DNA from: a virus | Length of the DNA stretch: 64,000 bases | Virus record (IMG/VR): IMGVR_UViG_3300047554_000471 | Coordinates: 5,592-69,591 of that record | Direction: 5' to 3' (one strand) | Shown: piece by piece, positions 50,450 to 59,793 of the stretch | How the letters are laid out: each line of letters starts with the position of its first letter | Numbering within the stretch: the first letter of the stretch is position 1 | Program-made: the position numbers and the translations under genes | The notes under the pieces: model-generated | Seen by the model: the letters and a program-made list of their open reading frames with translations, nothing else | Databases searched by the model: none | Told to the model about the DNA's origin: nothing

Positions 50450-52834
50450 ATGGCTGAAAGAATAGTATCACCAGGTGTATTTACAAACGAGAAAGACCTC
50501 TCGTTTTTACCTGCAGGTATTGCAGCAATCGGAGCTGCAATCATTGGTCCAACAACTAAAGGACCTGCTTTTGTACCGACAGTTGTCACTTCATTTGACG
50601 ACTTTATTGCTAAGTTCGGTGGCTTAAGCGAAGAAACATACGTACCATATGCAGTTAAGAGCTACTTGAATAGCGCTTCAACTGTTACTGTGGTTCGTGT
50701 ATTGTCTGAAGGAGGCTACAACGCTGACGCAGTTCAAATCGTTCACACCAATGGAGCTACTAGCAGATTGGTTGGTGTAATCATGCCAACTACTACTGTA
50801 GGTTCTTCTACTGGTAACGGATTTACTAAGTCGGATTTTGCCGCTTTCCAAGCAGGTAGCGTAACTGGATCTTTCGGATTCCAATTATCTGGTTCAAGTG
50901 TAACAGCACAAGCATTAACAGCTTCTGCTAATCCATCAAATGTTAACTCATTTGCTAACGTACTTGGTACTTCTGTAAAGGGTAGCAAGAAAGGATATAT
51001 GTACACTTGGTTTAGTGATTACTTAGCAACCAGTACTGGTCTATCAGGATCTGTAAGCTTTGTATCACAATCAGCTAATACTAAAGTTGACCTATCAGGT
51101 TCAGCAGGTGTATACTCAAATGCTGAAACTCCATGGATCCAATCACAAATTATTGGTGCTGAAAAATTAAACTTATTCAAGATTCACACTCTTGCAGACG
51201 GTACTGACACAAACACATCTTTCAAAGTTGCTGTAATCAATACAACACTTCCTGGAGATGATGCAGGTTCAGATTATGGATCATTCACGGTAGTAGTTCG
51301 TGATTACAACGATACAGACCAACGTCCAGTTATCTTAGAATCTTTCACTGGTCTTAACTTAGACCCAGATTCATCTAACTACATTGCTCGCCGAATCGGT
51401 GACAAAGCTTACTCTGTAAGTTCAGCGGGTGTAGTATCTGTAACCGGAGATTACAACAACATCTCTAAGTACATCCGTGTAGAAGTTGACTCAGCTGTAT
51501 CAGCTAAAGCAATCACTGCAAATGTTAAGCCTTTCGGTTTTGCTGCAGTAGTTCAGCCAGTATCTTCTAGCTATGCAATGCCAACAGCATCTATGGTAAC
51601 TCAGAACACTGAGATCAATAGTGCATACAATAAAAAGGCATACTACGGATGGAACTGGTCTTCAACAGATAACAGCAACTACTTGAAACCATTAGCTCTT
51701 GGTGCATCTGCAATGAATAACGCAGCATTCAACCTTGATGCTTGTTTCATCCACGCAAGTGCTTCTAAATTAAACGATAGCTCAACATTCGTAGGTGGAT
51801 CTTCAGTATCAGCATCAGTGTTTGCTGGACTAGATGTAAGCACCTTCTTGAAATTTACAGTACCATTCCAAGGTGGATTTGATGGTATGGACCCAGCAAT
51901 CACTAAGAAAGTAGGTTCAGCAATCACAGCTACTAACTTATTTGGTATGGATTGTTCAACTGCAACTGCAAAAGGTTCAGTAGGATATGTAAAAGCTCTT
52001 AACGTAATCAGCAACTCTGACGAGTACGATGTTAACTTAATCGTTACTCCAGGTGCTACAATCAAAGATCACTCAACTATCGTTAACAAAGCTATCGAAG
52101 TAGCAGAAGATCGTGGAGATGCATTCGTAATCGCAGATCCAGTTATCCAAGGTCAATCAGCTGCAGCAGCAATCGCAGCAGTAACTGACTCAGGAATCGA
52201 TTCTAACTACGTAGGTACTTACTGGCCATGGGTTAAAATCCTAGACACAGATAAAAACAAACCAGTGTGGGTTCCACCTAGTGTTGTTGTTCCACGTGTA
52301 ATGGCTTACAATGATTCAGTAGCATACGAGTGGTTTGCACCAGCTGGTCTAAATCGTGGTGGTATTTCTGAAGCAGTTGATGTTGAATTGAAACTTAACC
52401 AAGCTGACAGAAACGACTTATACGAAAATAAGATCAACGCAATTGCAACTTTCCCTAACCAAGGAATTTGTATCTGGGGTCAAAAAACTTTACAAGCTAA
52501 ACCATCTGCATTGGATCGTATCAACGTACGTCGCTTAATGATCACAATGAAGAAATACATTGCAAGTGCTAGCCGCTACTTGGTATTCGAAAACAATACT
52601 ACAGCTACACGTCAACGTTTCTTGAACATCGTAACTCCTTACTTAGAAACAGTTAAAGCACGTCAAGGTCTTTATGCTTTCAAAGTGGTAATGGATGAGA
52701 CTAACAACACACCTGATGTAATCGACAGAAACATCATGTACGGTCAAATCTACCTACAACCAGCTAAAGCAGCAGAATTTATCGTTCTTGACTTTAACAT
52801 TCTTCCTACTGGAGCAACTTTTGACAACGCTTAA
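50450..52834 (+). CDS. Contractile tail sheath protein (gp18-like)
   Basis: VSPGVFTNEKDLS, YWPWV, WFAPAGLNRG, WGQKTLQ, LDRINVRRL, PAKAAEFI. Confidence 0.96.
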   Translation: MAERIVSPGVFTNEKDLSFLPAGIAAIGAAIIGPTTKGPAFVPTVVTSFDDFIAKFGGLSEETYVPYAVKSYLNSASTVTVVRVLSEGGYNADAVQIVHTNGATSRLVGVIMPTTTVGSSTGNGFTKSDFAAFQAGSVTGSFGFQLSGSSVTAQALTASANPSNVNSFANVLGTSVKGSKKGYMYTWFSDYLATSTGLSGSVSFVSQSANTKVDLSGSAGVYSNAETPWIQSQIIGAEKLNLFKIHTLADGTDTNTSFKVAVINTTLPGDDAGSDYGSFTVVVRDYNDTDQRPVILESFTGLNLDPDSSNYIARRIGDKAYSVSSAGVVSVTGDYNNISKYIRVEVDSAVSAKAITANVKPFGFAAVVQPVSSSYAMPTASMVTQNTEINSAYNKKAYYGWNWSSTDNSNYLKPLALGASAMNNAAFNLDACFIHASASKLNDSSTFVGGSSVSASVFAGLDVSTFLKFTVPFQGGFDGMDPAITKKVGSAITATNLFGMDCSTATAKGSVGYVKALNVISNSDEYDVNLIVTPGATIKDHSTIVNKAIEVAEDRGDAFVIADPVIQGQSAAAAIAAVTDSGIDSNYVGTYWPWVKILDTDKNKPVWVPPSVVVPRVMAYNDSVAYEWFAPAGLNRGGISEAVDVELKLNQADRNDLYENKINAIATFPNQGICIWGQKTLQAKPSALDRINVRRLMITMKKYIASASRYLVFENNTTATRQRFLNIVTPYLETVKARQGLYAFKVVMDETNNTPDVIDRNIMYGQIYLQPAKAAEFIVLDFNILPTGATFDNA

Positions 52835-52859
52835 TATTTATACAAAAGAGTAACGCAAC

Positions 52860-53348
52860 ATGGCAAACTTAATAGAAAACAACGAAATCTTCTACACACC
52901 TTACGAACCAAAGGTACAGAATAGATTTATATTACAAGTAGATGGTATTCCATCATTCTTGTGTAAAAAAGTTTCTCGTCCACAATTGGAATGTGGTGAG
53001 GTGGTTCTAGATCACATCAACATTATCCGCAAGATGAAGGGTAAGTGTAAGTGGGGAGATATCACAATCTCTATGTATGACGCCATCGTTCCATCAGGTG
53101 CGCAAGCAGTAATGGAGTGGGTACGTACAGCTCACGAATCAGTAACTGGTCGTGATGGATATGCAGACTTCTACAAAAAGAATTTTGATATCTTCGTACT
53201 AGGTCCAGTTGGTGATAAAATTGAGAACTGGAAAATTTGGGGAGCTTACATCAAAACTGCACAGTTTGGTGATATGGACTGGTCTACTGAGACTCCAGTT
53301 GAAATCTCTCTAACACTTGGTATCGACTACGCAGTACTTGAATACTAA
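52860..53348 (+). CDS. Tail tube protein (gp19-like)
   Basis: EPKVQNRF, WGDITI, position after the sheath gene. Confidence 0.88.
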   Translation: MANLIENNEIFYTPYEPKVQNRFILQVDGIPSFLCKKVSRPQLECGEVVLDHINIIRKMKGKCKWGDITISMYDAIVPSGAQAVMEWVRTAHESVTGRDGYADFYKKNFDIFVLGPVGDKIENWKIWGAYIKTAQFGDMDWSTETPVEISLTLGIDYAVLEY

Positions 53349-53369
53349 TTAAGACTGAAAATTAATTCG

Positions 53370-53404
53370 AAGAAAGCCGACTTAACTGTTGGCTTTCTTT
53401 TTTT
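53370..53404 (+). terminator. Rho-independent terminator
   Basis: AAGAAAGCCGAC/GTTGGCTTTCTT stem followed by a T tract. Confidence 0.88.
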
Positions 53405-53455
53405 ATTTGCGTATATTTATAGAAGAACCATAGTTACTAAAATAGTTTTACCAAT

Positions 53456-54331
53456 ATGACAAAAGTTGTAAACGACGATTATCCAACAAATAACCGTCAA
53501 CTAACAGACGAAGAGATCAAAGCCAAATTCTTGGCAGACTCAATCAACACAGGAGCTGTTGAATCTTTCACTAAATCAGACGTACCAACAGAGATAATTC
53601 CACTTCCGAGTAAGGGATACTTCTATCCAGAAGGACATCCATTAGCTAGTGGTACTATCGAAATGAAATACATGACTGCTAAGGAGGAGGATATCCTAGC
53701 ATCACAAAACTTAATTAAGCAGGGAGTTGTATTAGATAAGTTATTACAATCGCTTATCGTTACTAAGATTAATTACAACGACCTACTGACAGTCGACAAG
53801 AATGCAATCTTTATTGCAGCTCGTATTCTTGCCTATGGTAAGGATTATGAGGTAGAAATCACTTGTCCAAGCTGTGGTGAAAAATCAACACAAGTGGTTG
53901 ATCTTCAGCAATTTGAGGATAAAGATATTGATTGGGATCGCTTTACTAAAGGTCAAACAACACACAACTTCACATTGCCAATCTCTAAAAAAGAAGTGAG
54001 CTTAAAATTCTTAACTCATGGTGACGAGAAAAAGATTGAAGAAGCTATCAAAAATACTAAAAAACTAAGCCGATTGACTGGAGTTGATCCAGAGCTATCT
54101 ACCAGACTAAAACATATGATTGTAGCTGTAGATGGAGAATCTGATCGTGCAGTCGTTAATAAGTTTGTGGATAGTATGCTATCTCGTGATTCGTTAGAGT
54201 TGCGTAAGTATCTAAAAGAGGTCACACCAGATATCGATACGACGTTCTCGTATGAGTGTCCAAGTTGTGGCTATGAGCAAGAAAAGATGGCATTGCCCAT
54301 CGGAGTAGGGTTTTTTTGGCCTGGGGTCTGA
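53456..54331 (+). CDS. Tail assembly chaperone / baseplate hub assembly protein (gp26-like)
   Basis: LPSKGYFY, MTAKEEDIL, two CPSC motifs, ends FFWP; lies between tube and tape measure. Confidence 0.8.
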   Translation: MTKVVNDDYPTNNRQLTDEEIKAKFLADSINTGAVESFTKSDVPTEIIPLPSKGYFYPEGHPLASGTIEMKYMTAKEEDILASQNLIKQGVVLDKLLQSLIVTKINYNDLLTVDKNAIFIAARILAYGKDYEVEITCPSCGEKSTQVVDLQQFEDKDIDWDRFTKGQTTHNFTLPISKKEVSLKFLTHGDEKKIEEAIKNTKKLSRLTGVDPELSTRLKHMIVAVDGESDRAVVNKFVDSMLSRDSLELRKYLKEVTPDIDTTFSYECPSCGYEQEKMALPIGVGFFWPGV

Positions 54332-54524
54332 TTACAGGCCCATTCTGCAAGATCAGATTTTTGATCTTATGTATTATGGAAAAATGGGATGGACGTACTC
54401 CGACCTATACAACTTGCCAGTCTACCTTAGACGATACTTCTATCTCAAACTCGCAGATACCAAGAAGAAAGAGCAAGAAGCCGAAAAGGCTGCTTACGAA
54501 AAAGCAAAATCAGGAAAAAGATAA
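54312..54524 (+). CDS. +1-frame extension of the tail assembly chaperone (missing from ORF track)
   Basis: Frame opens after TAG 54306-54308 at the T7 run and reads FFGLGSDYRPILQDQIFDLMYYGKMGWTYSDLYNLPVYLRRYF...KR to TAA 54522-54524, just before a terminator. Confidence 0.75.
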   Translation, partial: FFGLGSDYRPILQDQIFDLMYYGKMGWTYSDLYNLPVYLRRYFYLKLADTKKKEQEAEKAAYEKAKSGKR

Positions 54525-54527
54525 ACA

Positions 54528-54557
54528 GAGAGCCAACTTCGGTTGGCTTTCCTTTTT
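54528..54557 (+). terminator. Rho-independent terminator with C(UUCG)G loop
   Basis: GAGAGCCAAC-TTCG-GTTGGCTTTC followed by CTTTTT. Confidence 0.88.
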
Positions 54558-54584
54558 ATGCAATATTTATATGAAAACAATACA

Positions 54585-54905
54585 ATGGCTAAGAAGAATG
54601 TAAGAGAAATGATTCAGACTATAATTCGTGAGGAGTTGTTGAATCATAGAATTGAAGAAGGCATTGTAAATTGGATGCTAGATAAGACATCGAGTTTTGT
54701 AAAATCTCATTTCAATCACGTAGCCGATTATCAATACGCAAGACTAATGTCCTCACCAGACTTCAAGGCTTTACATAAAAAGTTTAACATGGGTGAGAGG
54801 GAGTTTATGGATAGAGCCACTAAACTAATAAAACAAAACCCAAAAAAGTTTGCAGACATATTAGCTTATGATGCAAGCAAATCAAAGTATAAAAAATTCT
54901 TTTAA
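54585..54905 (+). CDS. Small protein with L/I-x-E leader
   Basis: ATG 54585 after TATTTATA 54564; MAKKNVRE...IIREE...RIEE. Confidence 0.6.
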   Translation: MAKKNVREMIQTIIREELLNHRIEEGIVNWMLDKTSSFVKSHFNHVADYQYARLMSSPDFKALHKKFNMGEREFMDRATKLIKQNPKKFADILAYDASKSKYKKFF

Positions 54906-54913
54906 GTTAATTA

Positions 54914-57505
54914 ATGGCTAATCAACTCAACATTGGACCGGACGAGTTCAAAAACCTTGCACAAAGTATCTCAGATGCAGTTGCTCAAGGTTTTTCTCAG
55001 GGAACCAAGAAGTCAAAGGATCTTCTTGGGGCTGGTTTGTTGGGGCAAATGAAAAAAGACTTAGCTGATATAGCTCAGAAAAATAAAGAGGATAACTTTG
55101 CAGCCGAAGTTCGAAACAAAGCGCTGAAGGATGGTGTATCGACGAGAGTTGCTGAGATACAGGTTTTAGCAAAGCAGCAGATACAGCAAAATAAACTATT
55201 ACTCCTAGGAACTCAGCGTAACATGGTTGAGTTGGGTTTACTAAAGCTTCAAGCGCAACAAGCTGGTGATGATAGTTTAGTAAAACAGTATGACCAAAAG
55301 ATTCAAAGGTCTAGATCATTTGCTCAGAGTATAGAGCAAGAAAATCAAAAGATAGAATCGACTAGTAAGCATCTAGCAAAAAAGCTTATCCAACAAGATA
55401 AGGAAGAAGCGTTCAATGCAAAGCAGCATGAGGTCAAGGAGAAGATTGAAGAGATAAACAAAAGCCTTAGAGAGCGAGTTGGCATTACTGATGAACTTCT
55501 AGATCAATTACGCACACCAGAATTAGCTAAAGCTGTTTTTGCAGAACAAACTGCTGAAAAGCTACACGAAGCCTACGAAGGTTTTGAGGCATTTAAGAAG
55601 CAAGGTTTATCAGCAGGACAAGCTATTGAAGCTCAATTTAAGGGACTCTCGATTGAGAGTATGATGGGCCTTTCAGATACTAAGGGTGTCATGAATGGTG
55701 TTATTGAGCAGTATGGTAATGTTAACGCATTAAGTAAAGAGACTGTAAATGAGCTTGGTAAAATGGCTCACCACTTTGGTATCACGGGAGAAGCAGCAGC
55801 TCAATTAAATGCTAGCTTATCACAAATGCCAGGTGAGACAGCAGAAACTGCTGCACATGCAATGGAGCATGTAGGCCATATGGCTGAATTGCAGGGGATT
55901 GCGCCAGGTAAGATTATGGGCGATATGGCCAAGAATACTGGAGCAATGGCTTTGTATAGTAAAGGTGGCGCAGAGGCTTTTGGTAAGTCGGCAGTTCAAC
56001 TACATAAGATGGGAGTTGAGATAGGCACAGCTGCTAAGATGGCAGATGGTTTATTAGACTTTGAGAGTAGTATCAATAAGCAGATGGAAGCATCTGTATT
56101 ATTAGGTAGAGAAATAAATTTAGATAAGGCTCGTGAATTAGCTCTAAACGGTGATCTCGAAGGATCGACTAGAGAAGTTCTTGCAAATATTGGAGGAGCT
56201 GCGGAGTTTGAGAAAATGAACGTAATGCAGAAAAAGGCTTTAGCAGAAGCTACTGGAATGTCGGTAGAGGAATTACAAAAGTCAATTGATGCGCAAGAAG
56301 AGTCAAATAAGTACTTTGGTGAACAATCCAGCTTACTAGACAACATCATGGGTAAAACTATGGAAGTTGGTGGAGGTGTGATTGGTTTCATGAAGGAGAA
56401 TGCTATGTGGATGGCCTCAGGCGTCCAAATGCTTGGTCAAGTGAATCTAGGCAAGATCAAGCAGTATGCAATGGACACAGCTCACTGGATAAAAGAAAAA
56501 GCGCACTTACTGTGGAAGGCTTCTATAGGTAAGCTTTTGGGTAAAGGTGGTGGTGGAGCAACAGATGCAGCAAGTTCAGCAGCGTCTAGTGCACCAGCAG
56601 ATGGAGGTAAGTCCACTGGTGGATTAACCAAAGCAATTGAAAAAATTAACCCAGCAAAACTATTAGCCGGAGCAGCAGCATTGGTATTAGTGGCAGCAGC
56701 GGTATTCATATTTGCAAAAGCAGCTCAAGAATTTGCAGACGTATCTTGGGGATCGATAGCAAAAGCAATCGTCGGTATGCTGGCATTGGTTGGAGCATTA
56801 GCTCTAGTTGGTGCTATCATGATGAGTGGTGTAGGAGCATTGGCAATATTGGCAGGTGCTGGAGCAATGCTCATTATGGCAGCAGCCTTATTTGTATTAG
56901 GAAAAGCGATTCAAGAAATGGCCAAAGGCTTTGATATGTTTGTTCCTTCCTTACTGCAATTAGCGCCAATGGCATTCCAAATAATAGCACTCGGAGCTGG
57001 TATGACTTTGCTTGGAGCAGGTATGTTAGCTTTAGGATACGCATCACTAATAGCATTCCCAGGTCTAATGTTAGCTAGCTTAGGTCTAGGTTTAATGGTA
57101 CCAAGTCTCTTAGTCTTAACTAAGATTGCCGAAATGGGTGGCTTCTCCGTACTATCAGAAGGTCTGTTAATGATGTCAGCAGCTGGTCCTGGATTAGGAT
57201 TAGTGGCTATGTCGATGTTGGGAATTGGAGCAGGTTTAGGTGTCATAGCAATGGCAGGATTTGCGGCATTGCCTATCATAGGAGCGTTGATCGGATTAGC
57301 AGCAGTAGCACCAGCGTTAGCAGGTTTAGGAGGAGCGCTTGGTGGAATGTTTGGTGGAGGAGATGAAGGTGATAAGATGGATACGCTTATTGCAAAAATT
57401 GATCAATTGATCGCAGTAGCTTCATCAGGCGGTGAAGTTAAGATGGATGGTAAGAAGGTTGGTGAAGTAGTACGTTTAGGATTAAACTCATCAGGAATTA
57501 GATAA
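54914..57505 (+). CDS. Tape measure protein
   Basis: 863 aa, helical A/G/M-rich; EASVLLGREINLDKARELAL; hydrophobic repeats; C-terminal MDGKKVG. Confidence 0.88.
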   Translation: MANQLNIGPDEFKNLAQSISDAVAQGFSQGTKKSKDLLGAGLLGQMKKDLADIAQKNKEDNFAAEVRNKALKDGVSTRVAEIQVLAKQQIQQNKLLLLGTQRNMVELGLLKLQAQQAGDDSLVKQYDQKIQRSRSFAQSIEQENQKIESTSKHLAKKLIQQDKEEAFNAKQHEVKEKIEEINKSLRERVGITDELLDQLRTPELAKAVFAEQTAEKLHEAYEGFEAFKKQGLSAGQAIEAQFKGLSIESMMGLSDTKGVMNGVIEQYGNVNALSKETVNELGKMAHHFGITGEAAAQLNASLSQMPGETAETAAHAMEHVGHMAELQGIAPGKIMGDMAKNTGAMALYSKGGAEAFGKSAVQLHKMGVEIGTAAKMADGLLDFESSINKQMEASVLLGREINLDKARELALNGDLEGSTREVLANIGGAAEFEKMNVMQKKALAEATGMSVEELQKSIDAQEESNKYFGEQSSLLDNIMGKTMEVGGGVIGFMKENAMWMASGVQMLGQVNLGKIKQYAMDTAHWIKEKAHLLWKASIGKLLGKGGGGATDAASSAASSAPADGGKSTGGLTKAIEKINPAKLLAGAAALVLVAAAVFIFAKAAQEFADVSWGSIAKAIVGMLALVGALALVGAIMMSGVGALAILAGAGAMLIMAAALFVLGKAIQEMAKGFDMFVPSLLQLAPMAFQIIALGAGMTLLGAGMLALGYASLIAFPGLMLASLGLGLMVPSLLVLTKIAEMGGFSVLSEGLLMMSAAGPGLGLVAMSMLGIGAGLGVIAMAGFAALPIIGALIGLAAVAPALAGLGGALGGMFGGGDEGDKMDTLIAKIDQLIAVASSGGEVKMDGKKVGEVVRLGLNSSGIR

Positions 57506-59493
57506 TGGCACAACTATTTAAAACGATAAGTCTTGAAGAGAGGTTGAAGGCAAGTCCTTACAACACGGCTCCTAGTTTACCAAAACCAACTAAGGAGGTA
57601 GAAGGTGCTAGTCTAAAACTAACACCAGAAGCTGCAAAAGTAAACAGCCAAATATTAAAAGCTTCAGCATCAAAGCAACAAAAGTTTAGTTTTCCGGCTA
57701 TAGGAAGCTTTACGACTGACCCTATTTCAAAACTAGCAAGACCGTTTGTTAATACAAAATTCAGATCATCAATCAACTTGGCTGATAGATTAAAGCAACC
57801 AAAGTTAGGATCTACAACACACTTATCACAATTCTTCTTAGCGGACTTATATACAGATTATATTAAGATAACTCCGTTTGGAATATTCACACACACCAGT
57901 AATACAGTGATATCAACACCACCAGCTTCATTAGCGCAAGGAGGTGTTAACCCAACAATCCCAACTTTTGTGAGTGAGGTAGCTCAGGGATTGATTTATA
58001 GTAACGGAACTTATTACTCATTCGTAAACCCGGCAACTCCAGATTACGATAGTCTCTTATTACAGGGTACATATTATACCAACGGAACGTACAAGTCATT
58101 TACTACAACAACGGTAAGTATAGGTTCTCAGTATCTGGTGCAAGGTGGAACTAATCCGACAGCTCCTATAGGACAAGCTACGATTGCACTATTGCAAGGA
58201 CTTGTTGCAGACCAGGCTAATAATTTAACTAGCCCAATCGTACCACCAACACCACCTGCAAACCTTTTGGAGTTTCCTAATATTGTAATTGCGAATCCAA
58301 TCCCAACACCAAATCAAGGTGGTGAAGATCCAGTAGCAATCACTTTCCAACCAGAGAGAACATCACCAATACTAAACGTACTAAAGTATGCAGCCGATCG
58401 AGCTTTGGCATTCTTTACACCTACTATAAAGCATGGTAGCGCAATATTAAGAGGAACGGACTTTCAAACAGCTGTACGACCAAATCAAGGTACCACTCCA
58501 ACAAAGCTACCACCAGTAGATGGTAAGTACTTCGACTATAAGAGCAGTCAGGTATCTCCGGTATTATCAAACGCATTAGATGCCGCAAAGGTTGAGGATG
58601 TTTTAATGGTGTGGATTGATTGGCAATACGCATTTGTAAAACCAAACTACTACGACAACAATACTAAAGCTCAAAGCTATGCAGGTGTTGAGTATGTGAA
58701 GATAGGTGGACAGCTAGTTCGTAATCCAAACACAACTCTAGCAAAGGCATTAGGAGCTAGCACCTCTACAGAGGATTTAGCTTCGTTGATCAAGAGTACT
58801 GTTAAGTTTCCAAAATCGACTGGTAACGAGGGTAGTCTGGCAGCGTATAAAACATTGACGTACGATCAGATACTAAAGCGAGCAAACGATCCATCTCAAC
58901 AAAGACCGGACTTTCGCAAAGATTTGGGTATCAATGTAAAAACTAGTACGAGTGTTAATTACAGAGGTATTGACTCACAAGCTTCTAACGACTTTGTGAC
59001 ATTGCAGATTAGTTCAATGACTGGTCAAGGCTCTGTAAAGTTTAGATCATTCATCACCTCGTTTAGTGATGGATGGAGCGTTTCTTGGAATGACTTAAAC
59101 TATGTTGGTCGTCAAGACACACTGAAGACTTTCAAAGGTGCAACAAGAGCTGGTAGCGTAGCTTTCAAAGTAGCAGCATTCAATCTTGCAGACCTTAATG
59201 CACAATACGCTAAGCTAAATAAACTAACAAAGATTGCTGCAGTCGGTGCTCCATTGGAAGGTGGTTTGTATATTGCAGGACCGTTGTGTAAGTTGACTGT
59301 AGGTAATTGGTTTACAAATACACCAGTCGTATTTAACTCGGTTAAGTTTGACGTACAAATGGCTGACTATTCTTGGGATATTGATAAAGAGGTACCACAA
59401 CTAGTAGATGTGTCATTAGACTTTGCTGTTCTTGGAGACATTAGCGGTAAACCATTAGATGCATCTTCAAACGATTATTTTAATTACAGATGA
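57505..59493 (+). CDS. Baseplate tube-initiator-like protein (gp48/gp54-like C-terminal domain)
   Basis: VKFRSFITSFSDGWSVSWN...YVGR...RAGSVAFKV; follows the tape measure gene. Confidence 0.6.
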   Translation: MAQLFKTISLEERLKASPYNTAPSLPKPTKEVEGASLKLTPEAAKVNSQILKASASKQQKFSFPAIGSFTTDPISKLARPFVNTKFRSSINLADRLKQPKLGSTTHLSQFFLADLYTDYIKITPFGIFTHTSNTVISTPPASLAQGGVNPTIPTFVSEVAQGLIYSNGTYYSFVNPATPDYDSLLLQGTYYTNGTYKSFTTTTVSIGSQYLVQGGTNPTAPIGQATIALLQGLVADQANNLTSPIVPPTPPANLLEFPNIVIANPIPTPNQGGEDPVAITFQPERTSPILNVLKYAADRALAFFTPTIKHGSAILRGTDFQTAVRPNQGTTPTKLPPVDGKYFDYKSSQVSPVLSNALDAAKVEDVLMVWIDWQYAFVKPNYYDNNTKAQSYAGVEYVKIGGQLVRNPNTTLAKALGASTSTEDLASLIKSTVKFPKSTGNEGSLAAYKTLTYDQILKRANDPSQQRPDFRKDLGINVKTSTSVNYRGIDSQASNDFVTLQISSMTGQGSVKFRSFITSFSDGWSVSWNDLNYVGRQDTLKTFKGATRAGSVAFKVAAFNLADLNAQYAKLNKLTKIAAVGAPLEGGLYIAGPLCKLTVGNWFTNTPVVFNSVKFDVQMADYSWDIDKEVPQLVDVSLDFAVLGDISGKPLDASSNDYFNYR

Positions 59494-59789
59494 TAAACAG
59501 ATACGAGAGCATACCAAAGAAGGTTGGGGATAATGGGAAGCGAGTAGTTCGCTCAATCATCTATCCTCCTATTCCTCGTAGCTTAGATGATACCTACATT
59601 ATTACAACTATAGGTGATAGATTAGATTTATTATCAAACAAGTATTATGGTAATGTTGGTTATTGGTGGATCATTGCTCAAGCTAATGAGATTGGAAAAG
59701 GAGATTTAAACCTTCCAGTTGGCTTACAACTCAGAATACCAAAAAACCTAGCAACAATCATACAAGAATACGAAACACTAAATAGTTAA
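59490..59789 (+). CDS. LysM-like baseplate protein (gp53/tail X-like)
   Basis: GDRLDLLSNKYYG...WWIIAQAN...GLQLRIP. Confidence 0.85.
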   Translation: MINRYESIPKKVGDNGKRVVRSIIYPPIPRSLDDTYIITTIGDRLDLLSNKYYGNVGYWWIIAQANEIGKGDLNLPVGLQLRIPKNLATIIQEYETLNS

Positions 59790-59793
59790 GGTT

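Noticed and set aside
54316-54603. 95-aa ORF from the ORF track
   Set aside because: Wrong frame: it runs through a terminator and the late motif, while the +1 frame (54312..54524) gives a plausible protein ending at the terminator.
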